Assembly (NCBI GenBank): GCA_964637115.1
Contig: CAZWVL010000002.1
Location: 64,001-128,000 of the forward strand
Length of the DNA stretch: 64,000 bases
Source of the DNA: an uncultured Methanosarcinales archaeon
GTDB taxonomy: Archaea; Nanobdellota; Nanobdellia; Woesearchaeales; ARS49
Direction of reading: 5' to 3'
Numbering within the stretch: position 1 is the stretch's first letter; every line of letters starts with the position of its first letter. The notes beneath the pieces are model-generated. The model ran no database searches. It saw only the letters and a program-made list of their open reading frames with translations, and was not told the DNA's origin. Position numbers and translations under genes: made by a program. Below, piece after piece: positions 1 through 9,070 of this stretch.

Positions 1-1
1 A

Positions 2-211
2 CTGAGCCTAGTATTGCTGTTACTGGTAAGCTGCGCGCCAAAACAGAGGGTAACACCACCCGCTGTTCAGGTAATACCGCCAGCTGTGCCAATAACCCAG
101 CCGGCAGCATCTGTTGCCAGCGGAGTTATAGAAGTAGACAGCTTTGACCAGGATCTCAGCGAGCTGGACAAATTAGATGCCGATTTGAAAGAATTAGAGA
201 CAATCGGTTAA
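2..211 (+). CDS. Small predicted lipoprotein, 5'-partial
   Basis: The frame is open from the window edge (LSLVLLLLVSCAPK). It has a hydrophobic stretch with a lipobox-like LVSC, then a Pro/Ala-rich linker and an acidic tail. Confidence 0.6.
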   Translation: MSLVLLLLVSCAPKQRVTPPAVQVIPPAVPITQPAASVASGVIEVDSFDQDLSELDKLDADLKELETIG

Positions 212-214
212 TTG

Positions 215-300
215 TCGGAAATTTAGAAGAGTCATATATAGATTCTTCAAATTTCCGAGCACCATCGGAAATCTTCGATTTCCGAGGTTTTTATTTTTTT
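215..300. repeat. Two tandem inverted repeats followed by a T-tract (terminator or REP-like)
   Basis: TCGGAAATTT (215-224) pairs with AAATTTCCGA (249-258), with an inner GAAGAGTC/GATTCTTC stem. A second hairpin TCGGAAATC-TTC-GATTTCCGA lies at 265-285 and a T-rich run follows. Confidence 0.8.
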
Positions 301-339
301 TTCTTAACTTTTTTATACTGACTTCTTATTCTTCACATA

Positions 340-1419
340 ATGATAATTCTTGACGGCAGCTCTGGAGAAGGAGGAGGGCAAATAGTCAGAACAGCACTCG
401 CTTTAAGCAGTCTAACAGGCCAGCCGTTCAGAATCAAGAATATACGCGCAGGCAGGAAAGATGCAGGACTAAAAACGCAGCACGTGCACTGCGTAAAAGC
501 ATTACAGCAGCTCTGTAGCGCGAAAGCTGAAGGAGCAGAAATTGGAAGCAGTGAAGTACTGTACGTGCCAGGCAAGATTTCTGCGAAAAACATTACAATA
601 GACATCGGCACAGCAGGAAGCATTACATTACTCTTGCAGGCAGTTCTGTTGCCGTGCATGTTTGCACAGAAAACCCACACACTAACGCTTGTTGGAGGTA
701 CGGACACAGAATGGAGCATGCCAGTAGATTACTTCACGCACGTTCTAGTGCCACAATATAGAAGAATGTGCGGAATTGACGTCAAAGTGCTCAAACGCGG
801 ATATTATCCCAAAGGAGGAGGTCAAGTTCAGTTAATCATCAAACCAGAAATAAAAAGAAACGAATTTGAAACTTTTGAAGCATTCCAGGCAGCATTAAAG
901 CACAAAGCATTTTCTTTAATTGAACAAGGAGAGCTTACCAGCATAAAAGGAACATCTCATGCCAGCAAAGACCTGGCTAATGCACAAGTGGCAGAACGGC
1001 AGGCATCAGCTGCAAAACAAGCGCTTGCCAGCTTCAAAGTACCGATTGAAATAACAGTTGAGTATGCCGATACTTTTTCAACAGGCTCAGGAATCACATT
1101 GTGGGCAATTTTTTCAAAAAACGATGATGTGAATATTGAAAATCCAATACGACTTGGTGCAGATGCACTTGGTGCACCTGGAAAACAATCTGAAAAAGTA
1201 GGACAAGAAGCAGCAGAGAAGTTAATCAAAGAAATTCAGAGTAAGGCACCCGTAGACGGTCATCTTGCAGACAATTTGATACCATTAATTGCGCTTTGCA
1301 GGCCGAGCAGCATAAAAGTTTCAAGTATTACTTCACATGCGCGGACGAATATGGCAGTGGTGGAAGCGTTCTTAGGAAAGATATTTTCTGAGAAAGACAA
1401 TATTGTCTCTTCTAAGTAA
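340..1419 (+). CDS. rtcA: RNA 3'-terminal phosphate cyclase
   Basis: N-terminal LDGSSGEGGGQIVRTALALS, RGYYPKGGG and the catalytic HLADNL motif; 359 aa. Confidence 0.95.
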   Translation: MIILDGSSGEGGGQIVRTALALSSLTGQPFRIKNIRAGRKDAGLKTQHVHCVKALQQLCSAKAEGAEIGSSEVLYVPGKISAKNITIDIGTAGSITLLLQAVLLPCMFAQKTHTLTLVGGTDTEWSMPVDYFTHVLVPQYRRMCGIDVKVLKRGYYPKGGGQVQLIIKPEIKRNEFETFEAFQAALKHKAFSLIEQGELTSIKGTSHASKDLANAQVAERQASAAKQALASFKVPIEITVEYADTFSTGSGITLWAIFSKNDDVNIENPIRLGADALGAPGKQSEKVGQEAAEKLIKEIQSKAPVDGHLADNLIPLIALCRPSSIKVSSITSHARTNMAVVEAFLGKIFSEKDNIVSSK

Positions 1420-1480
1420 CGTAGAACTTTAATATCAATAGAAATTAGTAAAGTTCTGCGGACTAAGTAAACAATGTTTA

Positions 1481-3835
1481 CTAAGTAAGTGTTGCAAGCT
1501 TGATGCTTGCCTTCAAGTCCTTAACGTCGTACATCAGCACGCGTTTTTCATTCTGGTTGTTAACTTTGCCAATCAGGTATTCCGCTTCCGCGACCAAGCG
1601 GACAGCCTGATCAAGACTGCCCCGCATAACTTTCTCACGAGCATCATCCAACATTGCGTGAATTTCCGGATTCATTATTTCCCTGCCAGGCTTGCCCTGC
1701 TTAACACGCTCAACTTCCTCGCGTAAATATTCAGAGAATGCACGTTCCTTACGTGATTCAAGTCCTTCCACTTCGTGCTCCTGTTCAATCAACTTCCTGA
1801 CTTCAAGTTCAACCCCTTTTTCCCGCATCGCAAGCTCGCTCTCGCGCTCTTTGAATAACCTGCCAGTTGATGGGCGCGCGCCTACATACATTGCACGCGC
1901 TTCAAGCTTCCTGATAACCCTCTGCAATTCTTCATATCTGTGCTCCATCTTAGGCAGCATTTTTTTCAATTCACGCGCACGGTAAATAGCATCTTTATCC
2001 TGCTCAATCTTTCGCCTTTCAGCCTCAATAAATTTCATGCCCTTTTGAACAACGCGTTCGCCGCCAATAACTCGCTTTTCTTTTGATTCGGTAAGTGCTC
2101 TTTCCCGCTCAAACTGGGCTTTTGCGTGCCCAAGTTCGCGCACACGCCTGATTATTGCTTTTTCTTCATCTTCAAGCTTCTGCTTGTCTTTCTCAAGCAT
2201 AGTGATAGTTTGAACAAGCTCTTCCTCCTTGTCCTTCAATAAAAGAACGTCTCCTTCAACCAATTTGCGAACATCGGTTTTCTCGCTTCTCAGCTCTTTC
2301 TTTTCTTCTGTCAGCGAATCAAACTTCTTGTCCCATTCCTGCTGTATAAGCAAAAATTCAGCTTTTCTGGAGTTAACTTCATCCTGGAATTCCTTCTTTT
2401 GCTGTTCAAGCATGCGCGCAGCTTCTTTCAATGCCTTGTCGTGCTCGACAAAAGCGGCTTCTCGCGTAATAATGTTGCCTTCCTTAGACTCAAGCAATTT
2501 AAGTTTCTTTTCAGCATCACGATGAGTAACGGCCATGTCGTGCTCAGCTTTTCTAGCGGCCTTTTCACGCTCATGCATTTCCTGAATAGTATTGCTGTTT
2601 TGTGCAATGGCAGTTCTTAGTTCATTCAGAATGTGTTTCTTTTCTTCAACAAGAGCAGTAAGTTCTTGTTTTGTTTTTTCTGCACCGGCATTTTCTGCCT
2701 TCATTCTTTCAAGCTCGCGCATTTTATTGTCAACCCGCTGTTCCATCACTAACAGCTGCCGGTCGCGCTGGGCAATGAAAGCACCTTTTTTTTGCAGTTG
2801 GTCTTTTGTAAGCATGACACTTTTGACAGCATCTTCCATATCAGCAAGTTCGCGCTCGGCCAAAAGAATCTTCTTCTGACGATCAGCAATCTCAGCATCA
2901 ATTTTCTTTTTCGTGGGGGATATTTGCTCGACTGCTGAACGCATTTCTTCCAATTTCTGCAGGGTGCGTTCACTTTCTGATTTTTGTTTTGAGAGAATTC
3001 TCTCACCATCAGCAACACGCTGCTCCATTTTGGAAACCTTATCACTAACTGAGCGTTCCTTCGCAGATAACTGCTCCAGAGAAGACTCAATCTTGTTCAA
3101 CTCAGCACGTTTTTGTGATAATGCAGAAACTTCCTTAGTGAGAGCCACAACCGTCTTCTGACGTTCTTTCAAAACAGATTCCTTTTCATCGGTAACATGT
3201 TTAATAGAAGCAAGCCTCTGGATTGCCTTTTCCTCATCTGACTTCAAAGCCTGCAATCTGGCTGTTTCCTTAGCAAGAGTTCGCTCGCGTTCAGCCAGTG
3301 CTTTTTCTAATTCACGCAACTGTTCATCCCTTTTTTTAGAAAGCGCCAAACGCCTGTCAGCTTCAGCACGCAAGCTGTTCAAAGCCTGCTCTTCCTTCTT
3401 GTTGAGCTCAATTCTTCGCTCTGCTTCTGCTACTATGCGCCCAGCTTCGCTTTTAGTCTGGCTGAGCGCTTTTTCAGCAACAGAAAGTTCTTGTTGAACT
3501 TTTTCCTTTTCCAATTTCAATTCTTCCAAACGGGCAGATTCCCTGCTGAGAGTCTTTTCACTGCCAGAAAGCGCTTTTTCCATTTCACGCAACTGCGCAT
3601 CCCTTTTTTCAGCAAGTGCTACGCGCTTGTTGGCCTCAGCACGCAAGCTGTTCAAAGCCTGTTCTTCCTTCTTGTCATTCGCAATTCTTCGCTCTGCTTC
3701 AGAAACAAGGCGTTCAGACTCATACTTGAGCTGGTTGCGTTCCTTTCTTTTTTCAGAAATTTCTGCTTCCAATTCGCGAAGCAATCTTTTCTCTTTTTCA
3801 ACCTTAGAAGGCTCTGATTTCCCAAACAACCCCAT
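1481..3835 (-). CDS. Very long coiled-coil protein with a small helical C-terminal domain
   Basis: 784 aa, E/K/L/R heptad-rich throughout. No Walker A/B motifs, signal peptide or TM segment. Confidence 0.8.
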   Translation of the reverse strand: MGLFGKSEPSKVEKEKRLLRELEAEISEKRKERNQLKYESERLVSEAERRIANDKKEEQALNSLRAEANKRVALAEKRDAQLREMEKALSGSEKTLSRESARLEELKLEKEKVQQELSVAEKALSQTKSEAGRIVAEAERRIELNKKEEQALNSLRAEADRRLALSKKRDEQLRELEKALAERERTLAKETARLQALKSDEEKAIQRLASIKHVTDEKESVLKERQKTVVALTKEVSALSQKRAELNKIESSLEQLSAKERSVSDKVSKMEQRVADGERILSKQKSESERTLQKLEEMRSAVEQISPTKKKIDAEIADRQKKILLAERELADMEDAVKSVMLTKDQLQKKGAFIAQRDRQLLVMEQRVDNKMRELERMKAENAGAEKTKQELTALVEEKKHILNELRTAIAQNSNTIQEMHEREKAARKAEHDMAVTHRDAEKKLKLLESKEGNIITREAAFVEHDKALKEAARMLEQQKKEFQDEVNSRKAEFLLIQQEWDKKFDSLTEEKKELRSEKTDVRKLVEGDVLLLKDKEEELVQTITMLEKDKQKLEDEEKAIIRRVRELGHAKAQFERERALTESKEKRVIGGERVVQKGMKFIEAERRKIEQDKDAIYRARELKKMLPKMEHRYEELQRVIRKLEARAMYVGARPSTGRLFKERESELAMREKGVELEVRKLIEQEHEVEGLESRKERAFSEYLREEVERVKQGKPGREIMNPEIHAMLDDAREKVMRGSLDQAVRLVAEAEYLIGKVNNQNEKRVLMYDVKDLKASIKLATLT
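3364..3675 (-). repeat. Intragenic 273-bp (91-aa) tandem duplication
   Basis: CAGCACGCAAGCTGTTCAAAGCCTG occurs at 3364 and 3637. The protein repeats EAERRI...KKEEQALNSLRAEA...KRD.QLRE.EKAL. Confidence 0.85.
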
Positions 3836-3958
3836 GCCCTGATAAACCCGAAACTCGATTTATATACTTTTGTTATCTCTGGAGAATGGTACTTCCGTAC
3901 TCTATATAGTGATGTATCAATCATAACATTTTTAAACCCCTAGCTTTCAGCTCGAACT

Positions 3959-4126
3959 ATGATTACTCAATGTATAACGTGCAAAAAATCAATTACCGGG
4001 TTATCAGGTGTTGCCCGCTTCAAGTGCCCAAAATGCATGAAATATGAAATTCTTAGATGCGGACACTGCAGAGAAATAGCGGCAAAATACAATTGCCCAG
4101 AATGCAAGTTTGAGGGACCGAACTAG
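3959..4126 (+). CDS. Small double zinc-ribbon protein (DUF1610/HVO_2753-like), absent from the ORF track
   Basis: Translated by hand: MITQCITCKKSITGLSGVARFKCPKCMKYEILRCGHCREIAAKYNCPECKFEGPN*. It has four CxxC pairs and abuts EF-1beta, the usual archaeal context. Confidence 0.9.
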   Translation: MITQCITCKKSITGLSGVARFKCPKCMKYEILRCGHCREIAAKYNCPECKFEGPN

Positions 4127-4417
4127 ATGGCAAGTGTAGTTGTCACGCTCAGAATCATGCCGAAAGGCCCTGAAGTCAATCTGGACAAAGTCTATGATGA
4201 AGCCTGCAAGCACGTACGCGAGTTTGTAGACCAAAAGCACAAAGAAGGGGAAATAAGAAAGGAAATAGAGCCAATTGGCTTTGGATTAAAAGCATTAAAA
4301 CTACTTTTCGTTATGGACGAAGCACTTGGCGCAACAGATAAGCTTGAGGACAAGATAAAGGCGCTGCCAGACGTGGAGTCGGTGGAAGCAATAGATGTGA
4401 GGAGAGCAGTCGGATGA
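4127..4417 (+). CDS. ef1b: Translation elongation factor 1-beta
   Basis: IMPKGPEVNLD and EPIGFGLKAL motifs, C-terminal VESVEAIDVRR; 96 aa. Confidence 0.95.
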   Translation: MASVVVTLRIMPKGPEVNLDKVYDEACKHVREFVDQKHKEGEIRKEIEPIGFGLKALKLLFVMDEALGATDKLEDKIKALPDVESVEAIDVRRAVG

Positions 4418-5358
4418 AAAAAGCATTTTTGCTACTTATCTTACTGGCAGCATGTGTTGTACAACCGACAGTTGAGAAAAACGTTACTCCTGAAAATATT
4501 ACATCAAATGGTGCTACTTATGGCGACCTTGTCTCTATAAATTATGTTCTTACGCTAGAAAACGGCACGATAGTAGACACGAACAATGTAGAGCTTGCAG
4601 CTCAATATGGAATTACTAATTATGTCAAAGGACCGTTCGCATTCATTTTAGGCCAGAGTGGCAAAGTGAAAGGCTTTGATGACTCGCTGCTTGACATGAA
4701 AACAGGGGAACACAGAGAAACCATCATAGAGCCAAGCGAAGATGAAGTCGTTTTCGTCATCAACAAGACAAAAATCGTGAACAGGTTTATCACTATTAAC
4801 AAGCAGCAGGCATTCCCGCGCGGATCCTTTGAACGCTATTTCAAAAAAGCTCCTATCAAAGGTGACGTTGTTAAAAGTCCTGAGTTTGTTTTCAAGTACA
4901 AAGTACTCAATGCTACAAATGAATCAGTCCTGACTGAAATGGTTTTGAAAGAAGGCGAATCATATGTGTTAACGAACACCTACTGGAACAGCAGCGTGGT
5001 AAAAGTGGCAAAAGAAGACGTCATGTTCTACCAGCAACCAGAAGAGAATCAGACTGTTGATGCTCCATTCGGCAAAACAGTCATAAACATGACTAAGAGC
5101 AAAATGTTCCTCAACTTCCAGCCGGAAATACATAAAGTATTCAACAAGACAATTGAAATTGGCAGCGGCTTTACAATACCGCAGCAATTCCAAGTAACTG
5201 AAATACGCGATGAGGATTTTGTCATAAAGAAATACGGCAATTTAGCAGACAAACGATTGAAGATAAAGATTGACATGTTAGAAATTACTCCAGATGTCAA
5301 GAAAATAAAACAAACAGCACCATTTATCACTGAAGTAAAAAGCAAGACCGAAAACTAA
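4414..5358 (+). CDS. Exported FKBP-type peptidyl-prolyl isomerase family lipoprotein
   Basis: Lipobox LLAAC; FKBP-like GDLVSINYVLTLENGTIVDTN...PFAFILGQSGKVKGFDDSLLDMKTGE; closing LADKRLKIKIDMLEI. Confidence 0.75.
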   Translation: MKKAFLLLILLAACVVQPTVEKNVTPENITSNGATYGDLVSINYVLTLENGTIVDTNNVELAAQYGITNYVKGPFAFILGQSGKVKGFDDSLLDMKTGEHRETIIEPSEDEVVFVINKTKIVNRFITINKQQAFPRGSFERYFKKAPIKGDVVKSPEFVFKYKVLNATNESVLTEMVLKEGESYVLTNTYWNSSVVKVAKEDVMFYQQPEENQTVDAPFGKTVINMTKSKMFLNFQPEIHKVFNKTIEIGSGFTIPQQFQVTEIRDEDFVIKKYGNLADKRLKIKIDMLEITPDVKKIKQTAPFITEVKSKTEN

Positions 5359-5742
5359 TTATTGTTTTTTTATTGCACCAGCGGCTGCACACTTATCACT
5401 GCAGAAAAACAATGTTTCATCTTTCAACTTGCGCTCTATAACGCCTTCTTCTCTATCGCCTAACGGTTTATGACAATGAGCACAATGGCCACCCTCAGTG
5501 CCTGCTGCACCTGCTGCAAAGCCCTCTTCCCAAGGAGCAATCTCTCCTTCGTCCTCTTCTAATTCTTCCCTGCCTTCTTCGGTGTAAACGTCAGCTTCCT
5601 TATCGCCAACCTGCATTTTCACAGTAAAGTTTTCAGGAGTTTCTGGATGCTCTTCGCCTTCCAAGAACTCGTTAGGCTCGTCAATAATCTCTTCCTTCTC
5701 TCCTTTTGGCTGGTCAAAAATACTACCTTTCTTTTTGGGCAT
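5359..5742 (-). CDS. Acidic protein with a C-terminal Cys cluster (TRASH/zinc-finger-like)
   Basis: Start revised to MPKKKG (ATG at 5742). Glu-rich body, then CAHCHKPL...FFCSDKC. Confidence 0.65.
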   Translation of the reverse strand: MPKKKGSIFDQPKGEKEEIIDEPNEFLEGEEHPETPENFTVKMQVGDKEADVYTEEGREELEEDEGEIAPWEEGFAAGAAGTEGGHCAHCHKPLGDREEGVIERKLKDETLFFCSDKCAAAGAIKKQ

Positions 5743-5807
5743 ACGTTTGAGCAAGAATGGAGATATATAAAGTTTGTTATGCAGTTGTATTATAAGAGAA
5801 GGCATTT

Positions 5808-6131
5808 CTATCGGTGGAATTGGCTGTTTTGATTCCGCCTGAAACTCCGTTGCCGGCCCTTTTCCAGTGCATCGAGATGCTCTTTTGTTTCCGTAGGGTC
5901 AGGCAAGTAGATTTTCTGGTGATACTCAATAATGGTTTCAAGCTGTGCTTTCTTGAAACCCTCGCTACGAAGCGTTTTCCTGAGTTCAGCGACGTCCTTG
6001 TTTTGGGCAAAGGGACGCTCGATAACTGGTTCGCCCCTCGACATGGGGAAGAAAACGTACATCTGTTCCTCAGACTTATCTTTGAGCGAGACGTATGTCA
6101 CGTGATAAATCTGATGGCTGTCAATCCCCAT
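5808..6131 (-). CDS. Hypothetical protein
   Basis: 107-aa ORF filling the gap between co-oriented genes. Confidence 0.55.
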   Translation of the reverse strand: MGIDSHQIYHVTYVSLKDKSEEQMYVFFPMSRGEPVIERPFAQNKDVAELRKTLRSEGFKKAQLETIIEYHQKIYLPDPTETKEHLDALEKGRQRSFRRNQNSQFHR

Positions 6132-6164
6132 GAATTTCTTAAAGCGATAGTTGTATAATAATGT

Positions 6165-8009
6165 TTATGCCAATCTGCCAAAAAATCTCGCTATCTCCTC
6201 TTCATAATCAACCGTAATGTTCATCTCCCATTCTGGAGGGAAGCAGGACTTGTAACGCGGCCAGGCATAACGCTCGTCAAGGAATACAAGAATACCGCGG
6301 TCAGTTTCAGAACGGATGCACCTGCCGGCATTCTGAATGCAGCGCGTCATTGCTGGTAGAATATAGCCGTACTCCCAGCCTTTGCCGAATTTTTTGTCGT
6401 AATATGAAATTAATTCGGTTGTTTCAAGGTCTGGTCTGTCCAAAGGAAGGCCGACAACAATCACGCCCTTGATGATTCCTGGCAGGTCAATGCCCTCGCC
6501 AAAAGAACCGGCAGCAACTGCCATCAAAGCGCCCTTTGAAATTGAAAATTTGTCAAGCAGTTTCTGCTTTTCTTCCTTGTCCAAGCCTGGAGATTCGTAT
6601 AAAATGGATTTTTTGTATTCCTCAGCAAAAAAATGAGCGACTTCATCTCTCACCTTGTAGCTTGGGAAGAACAACATAACACAGCCAGGCACTTTGTTTG
6701 CAATATCGGCACAAACAGAAGCGATCTCCCTATACTGGCGTTCGCTTCTAAGAGTGAATTTTGTAGTAGTTCTTGGAATAATAAGTGAAAGCCTGTTATG
6801 CTCTGGAAAAGGGCTTGGGAATGATTTGTTAACTGCCTTCTGCAGCCCAAGAACATCAGCATACATTGAAGTAGGACTTAAAGTGCCGGACATAACAACA
6901 GAACTGTAACAGTTATCAAACACGTCTTTTGTAAGAATGGCAGGGTCAAGACAGCGAATGCTGAGCATAACAAACATATCCTTTCTTGAAATAATTCTGG
7001 CAGAGCCAGAACTGTCGATTTTCCACTCTTCCAAGAATTTTGCAACACTGCCGATGTGGGAAATCTTTTGGTCTTCCCTCACCATTTCAGCCGCCAAATC
7101 AAGCTCGGCAACAATCTCGTCATAAGGCCTGAATTTGTTCAACGGATCAATAAACTGCTCTTTCTTGATGAGCTTTTCATCTTTCAAATTATCGCTCAGC
7201 TTGTTCAATGCGTCCTGAATTTCAACCAAGTCTGAAACAGCGTCTTCGATGTTGTATTTTTTTGCTTCCTGAATGGCCTGTTTCATCAGCTTATTTGACA
7301 AACGGAAAGTCAAAAGGTCGCGGACTCTTGCCGGCAGATTGTGGCCTTCATCAACAATCACAATTGCCTGCTCAAGTTTTTTCTTTATCTTGCCAAACAA
7401 GGCTTCCCTGATGTGCGGGTTAAAAAGATAGAAATAATCGCACACGATTACCTTACTATCTTCTGCCAACATCAAACTCATTTCGTAAGGACAGACTTTT
7501 TCCTGAATGCATTTCATCATAACAGTCTCGGTAGGCAGGGGCGCATCTGCTTTTAAGTCCGCCAATACTTTCTGCGCAACAAAATTCACTTTACCGCGCG
7601 CATTTGTGTAAAATTCACATTGATTGCCCTCAACCATTGACTTGCAGTATTCTGAAAAGTCGCCGGAAGGCAGGTTCTGCACGTTTTCCTGCGCACACAT
7701 CCACTTCTTGCCTATCAGGCTGGCGACGGCAAAGTGCATGTTGTTCTTCTCCATCACTTTCCTTGCAGTCTCAAGCACAATCTTGTGCTGAGTATGCCTT
7801 GAAGTCAAGAAGAAAACTGTCAAGTCGCGCTGCAATGCCAGGTCTAATGCAGGACAGAGCACTGCAGCGGTTTTACCCAGGCCAGTTGGAGCGTGTACGA
7901 GCACGTTTTTCTTCTCTTTCAATGCTTTCGTAACTGTTTCAACCAGCTCCTTCTGACTCGGACGTATTTCATCATGAGAAAATAACATTTCTTCCCCGTT
8001 TTTCATCAA
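6165..8009 (-). CDS. xpd: ATP-dependent DNA helicase, XPD/Rad3/DinG family (Fe-S)
   Basis: Q motif RPSQ, HAPTGLGKT, Fe-S cysteines (MCAQ, YCK, QCEF, VCPY), DEGHN, SGTL, GSFGEGID and QNAGRCIRSETDRG. Confidence 0.9.
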   Translation of the reverse strand: MMKNGEEMLFSHDEIRPSQKELVETVTKALKEKKNVLVHAPTGLGKTAAVLCPALDLALQRDLTVFFLTSRHTQHKIVLETARKVMEKNNMHFAVASLIGKKWMCAQENVQNLPSGDFSEYCKSMVEGNQCEFYTNARGKVNFVAQKVLADLKADAPLPTETVMMKCIQEKVCPYEMSLMLAEDSKVIVCDYFYLFNPHIREALFGKIKKKLEQAIVIVDEGHNLPARVRDLLTFRLSNKLMKQAIQEAKKYNIEDAVSDLVEIQDALNKLSDNLKDEKLIKKEQFIDPLNKFRPYDEIVAELDLAAEMVREDQKISHIGSVAKFLEEWKIDSSGSARIISRKDMFVMLSIRCLDPAILTKDVFDNCYSSVVMSGTLSPTSMYADVLGLQKAVNKSFPSPFPEHNRLSLIIPRTTTKFTLRSERQYREIASVCADIANKVPGCVMLFFPSYKVRDEVAHFFAEEYKKSILYESPGLDKEEKQKLLDKFSISKGALMAVAAGSFGEGIDLPGIIKGVIVVGLPLDRPDLETTELISYYDKKFGKGWEYGYILPAMTRCIQNAGRCIRSETDRGILVFLDERYAWPRYKSCFPPEWEMNITVDYEEEIARFFGRLA

Positions 8010-8155
8010 ATGTAAGTCGTTTATATGCTTATCGCAAGAATTTTTAAATAGTTGTTCAAATATGCACGATAAAATGCGGTTTTATCGACGATAAAATCGC
8101 GGCTACGAAACATTTAAATATATATTCAAATACAATGATTACATAATCATTCGGG

Positions 8156-8437
8156 GTGGGTCTCGTGAATAAAAACAAGGAAATATTCAAAACATTCTTC
8201 CGTGAGAAACCAGCCATGATGCTGGTCGAGTTAAGAAACGCCAAAAGCGAAGTGTATGCAAGCTCTTTGGCAAAAACAATCGACTGCACATATTCGCACG
8301 TTGTGAAAATACTTCAGGAAATGGAAACTGAAGGCTTGGTTAACTTTGACAAGCAAGGCAGATTAAAATTGCTAACCTTAACAAAGAAGGGAACTGATGT
8401 CGCATTAAGGATTGACGATATCAGAGGACTTCTCTAA
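8156..8437 (+). CDS. Winged-helix (MarR-like) DNA-binding protein
   Basis: YASSLAKTIDCTYSHVVKILQEMETEGLVNFDKQGRLKLLTLTKKG is a wHTH pattern. Confidence 0.8.
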   Translation: MGLVNKNKEIFKTFFREKPAMMLVELRNAKSEVYASSLAKTIDCTYSHVVKILQEMETEGLVNFDKQGRLKLLTLTKKGTDVALRIDDIRGLL

Positions 8438-8468
8438 TTCTTTTATTTTTCGTTTGTTGATTTTTCGT

Positions 8469-8483
8469 CGAAAGATTTATAAA
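8469..8483 (+). promoter_or_regulatory. BRE/TATA promoter of rps15
   Basis: CGAAAGA is followed by TTTATAAA (8476-8483), which predicts a transcription start near 8506. Confidence 0.65.
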
Positions 8484-8505
8484 CAACCCTCTTGGAATTC
8501 AGTTT

Positions 8506-8564
8506 GTTCAAGAGACAAGTCGGTGATGAGCTTGCTTGTACTGGCGACAGATATTTTCTTGAAC
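8506..8564 (+). promoter_or_regulatory. Structured 5' leader of rps15 (candidate autoregulatory r-protein leader)
   Basis: P1 is GTTCAAGA/TCTTGAAC, P2 is ACAAG...CTTGT and P3 is CTG-GCGA-CAG with a GNRA loop. It ends directly before the SD-like GGAG. Confidence 0.55.
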
Positions 8565-8574
8565 GGAGAATACT

Positions 8575-9030
8575 ATGGCAAAGATGCACTCACGTGCCCG
8601 CGGAAATGCAGGCAGCAAGAAACCATTGAAAGTAAGCATGCCAACCTGGGCGCGCTACAAACCAAAAGAAATCGAATTACTTGTGGGCAAGTTCGCAAAA
8701 GAAGGGAAAACCTCAAGTGAGATAGGCATCATACTCAGAGATAGCTACGGCGTGCCAAGCGTTAAATTGCTTACGGGCAAACGCCTGCAGGAGATCCTGG
8801 CAGAGAAAAAGCAGGCCCCAAAACTGCCGGAAGATTTAATGGCGCTAATGAAGAACTCTGTGCTCATCAGAAAACACATAGAAGCCAATCCACAAGACAT
8901 GACTGCCGTGCGAGGAATACAGCTGACAGAAAGCAAGATCAAGCGTCTTTCAAAATACTACAAGGAAGTCGGCAAGCTTGCACTAGACTGGAAATACGAT
9001 CCAAAAGCAGTCAAGATCTACACCGAATAA
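8575..9030 (+). CDS. rps15: 30S ribosomal protein S15 (uS15/S13e)
   Basis: MAKMHSRARGNAGSKKP, SEIGIILRDSYGVPSVK, LPEDLMALM and GIQLTESKIKRLSKYYK. Confidence 0.97.
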   Translation: MAKMHSRARGNAGSKKPLKVSMPTWARYKPKEIELLVGKFAKEGKTSSEIGIILRDSYGVPSVKLLTGKRLQEILAEKKQAPKLPEDLMALMKNSVLIRKHIEANPQDMTAVRGIQLTESKIKRLSKYYKEVGKLALDWKYDPKAVKIYTE

Positions 9031-9070
9031 GCGCAAGGTTTTTAAGTAACGACTATACGGTAGTACTCTT

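Noticed and set aside
1481-3835. SMC/Rad50 assignment for the long coiled coil
   Set aside because: There is no Walker A, signature motif, Walker B, hinge or zinc hook.
8523-8530. Box C motif (GTGATGA) suggesting a C/D guide sRNA
   Set aside because: No box D (CTGA) lies at a suitable distance. The sequence is better explained as part of the rps15 leader.
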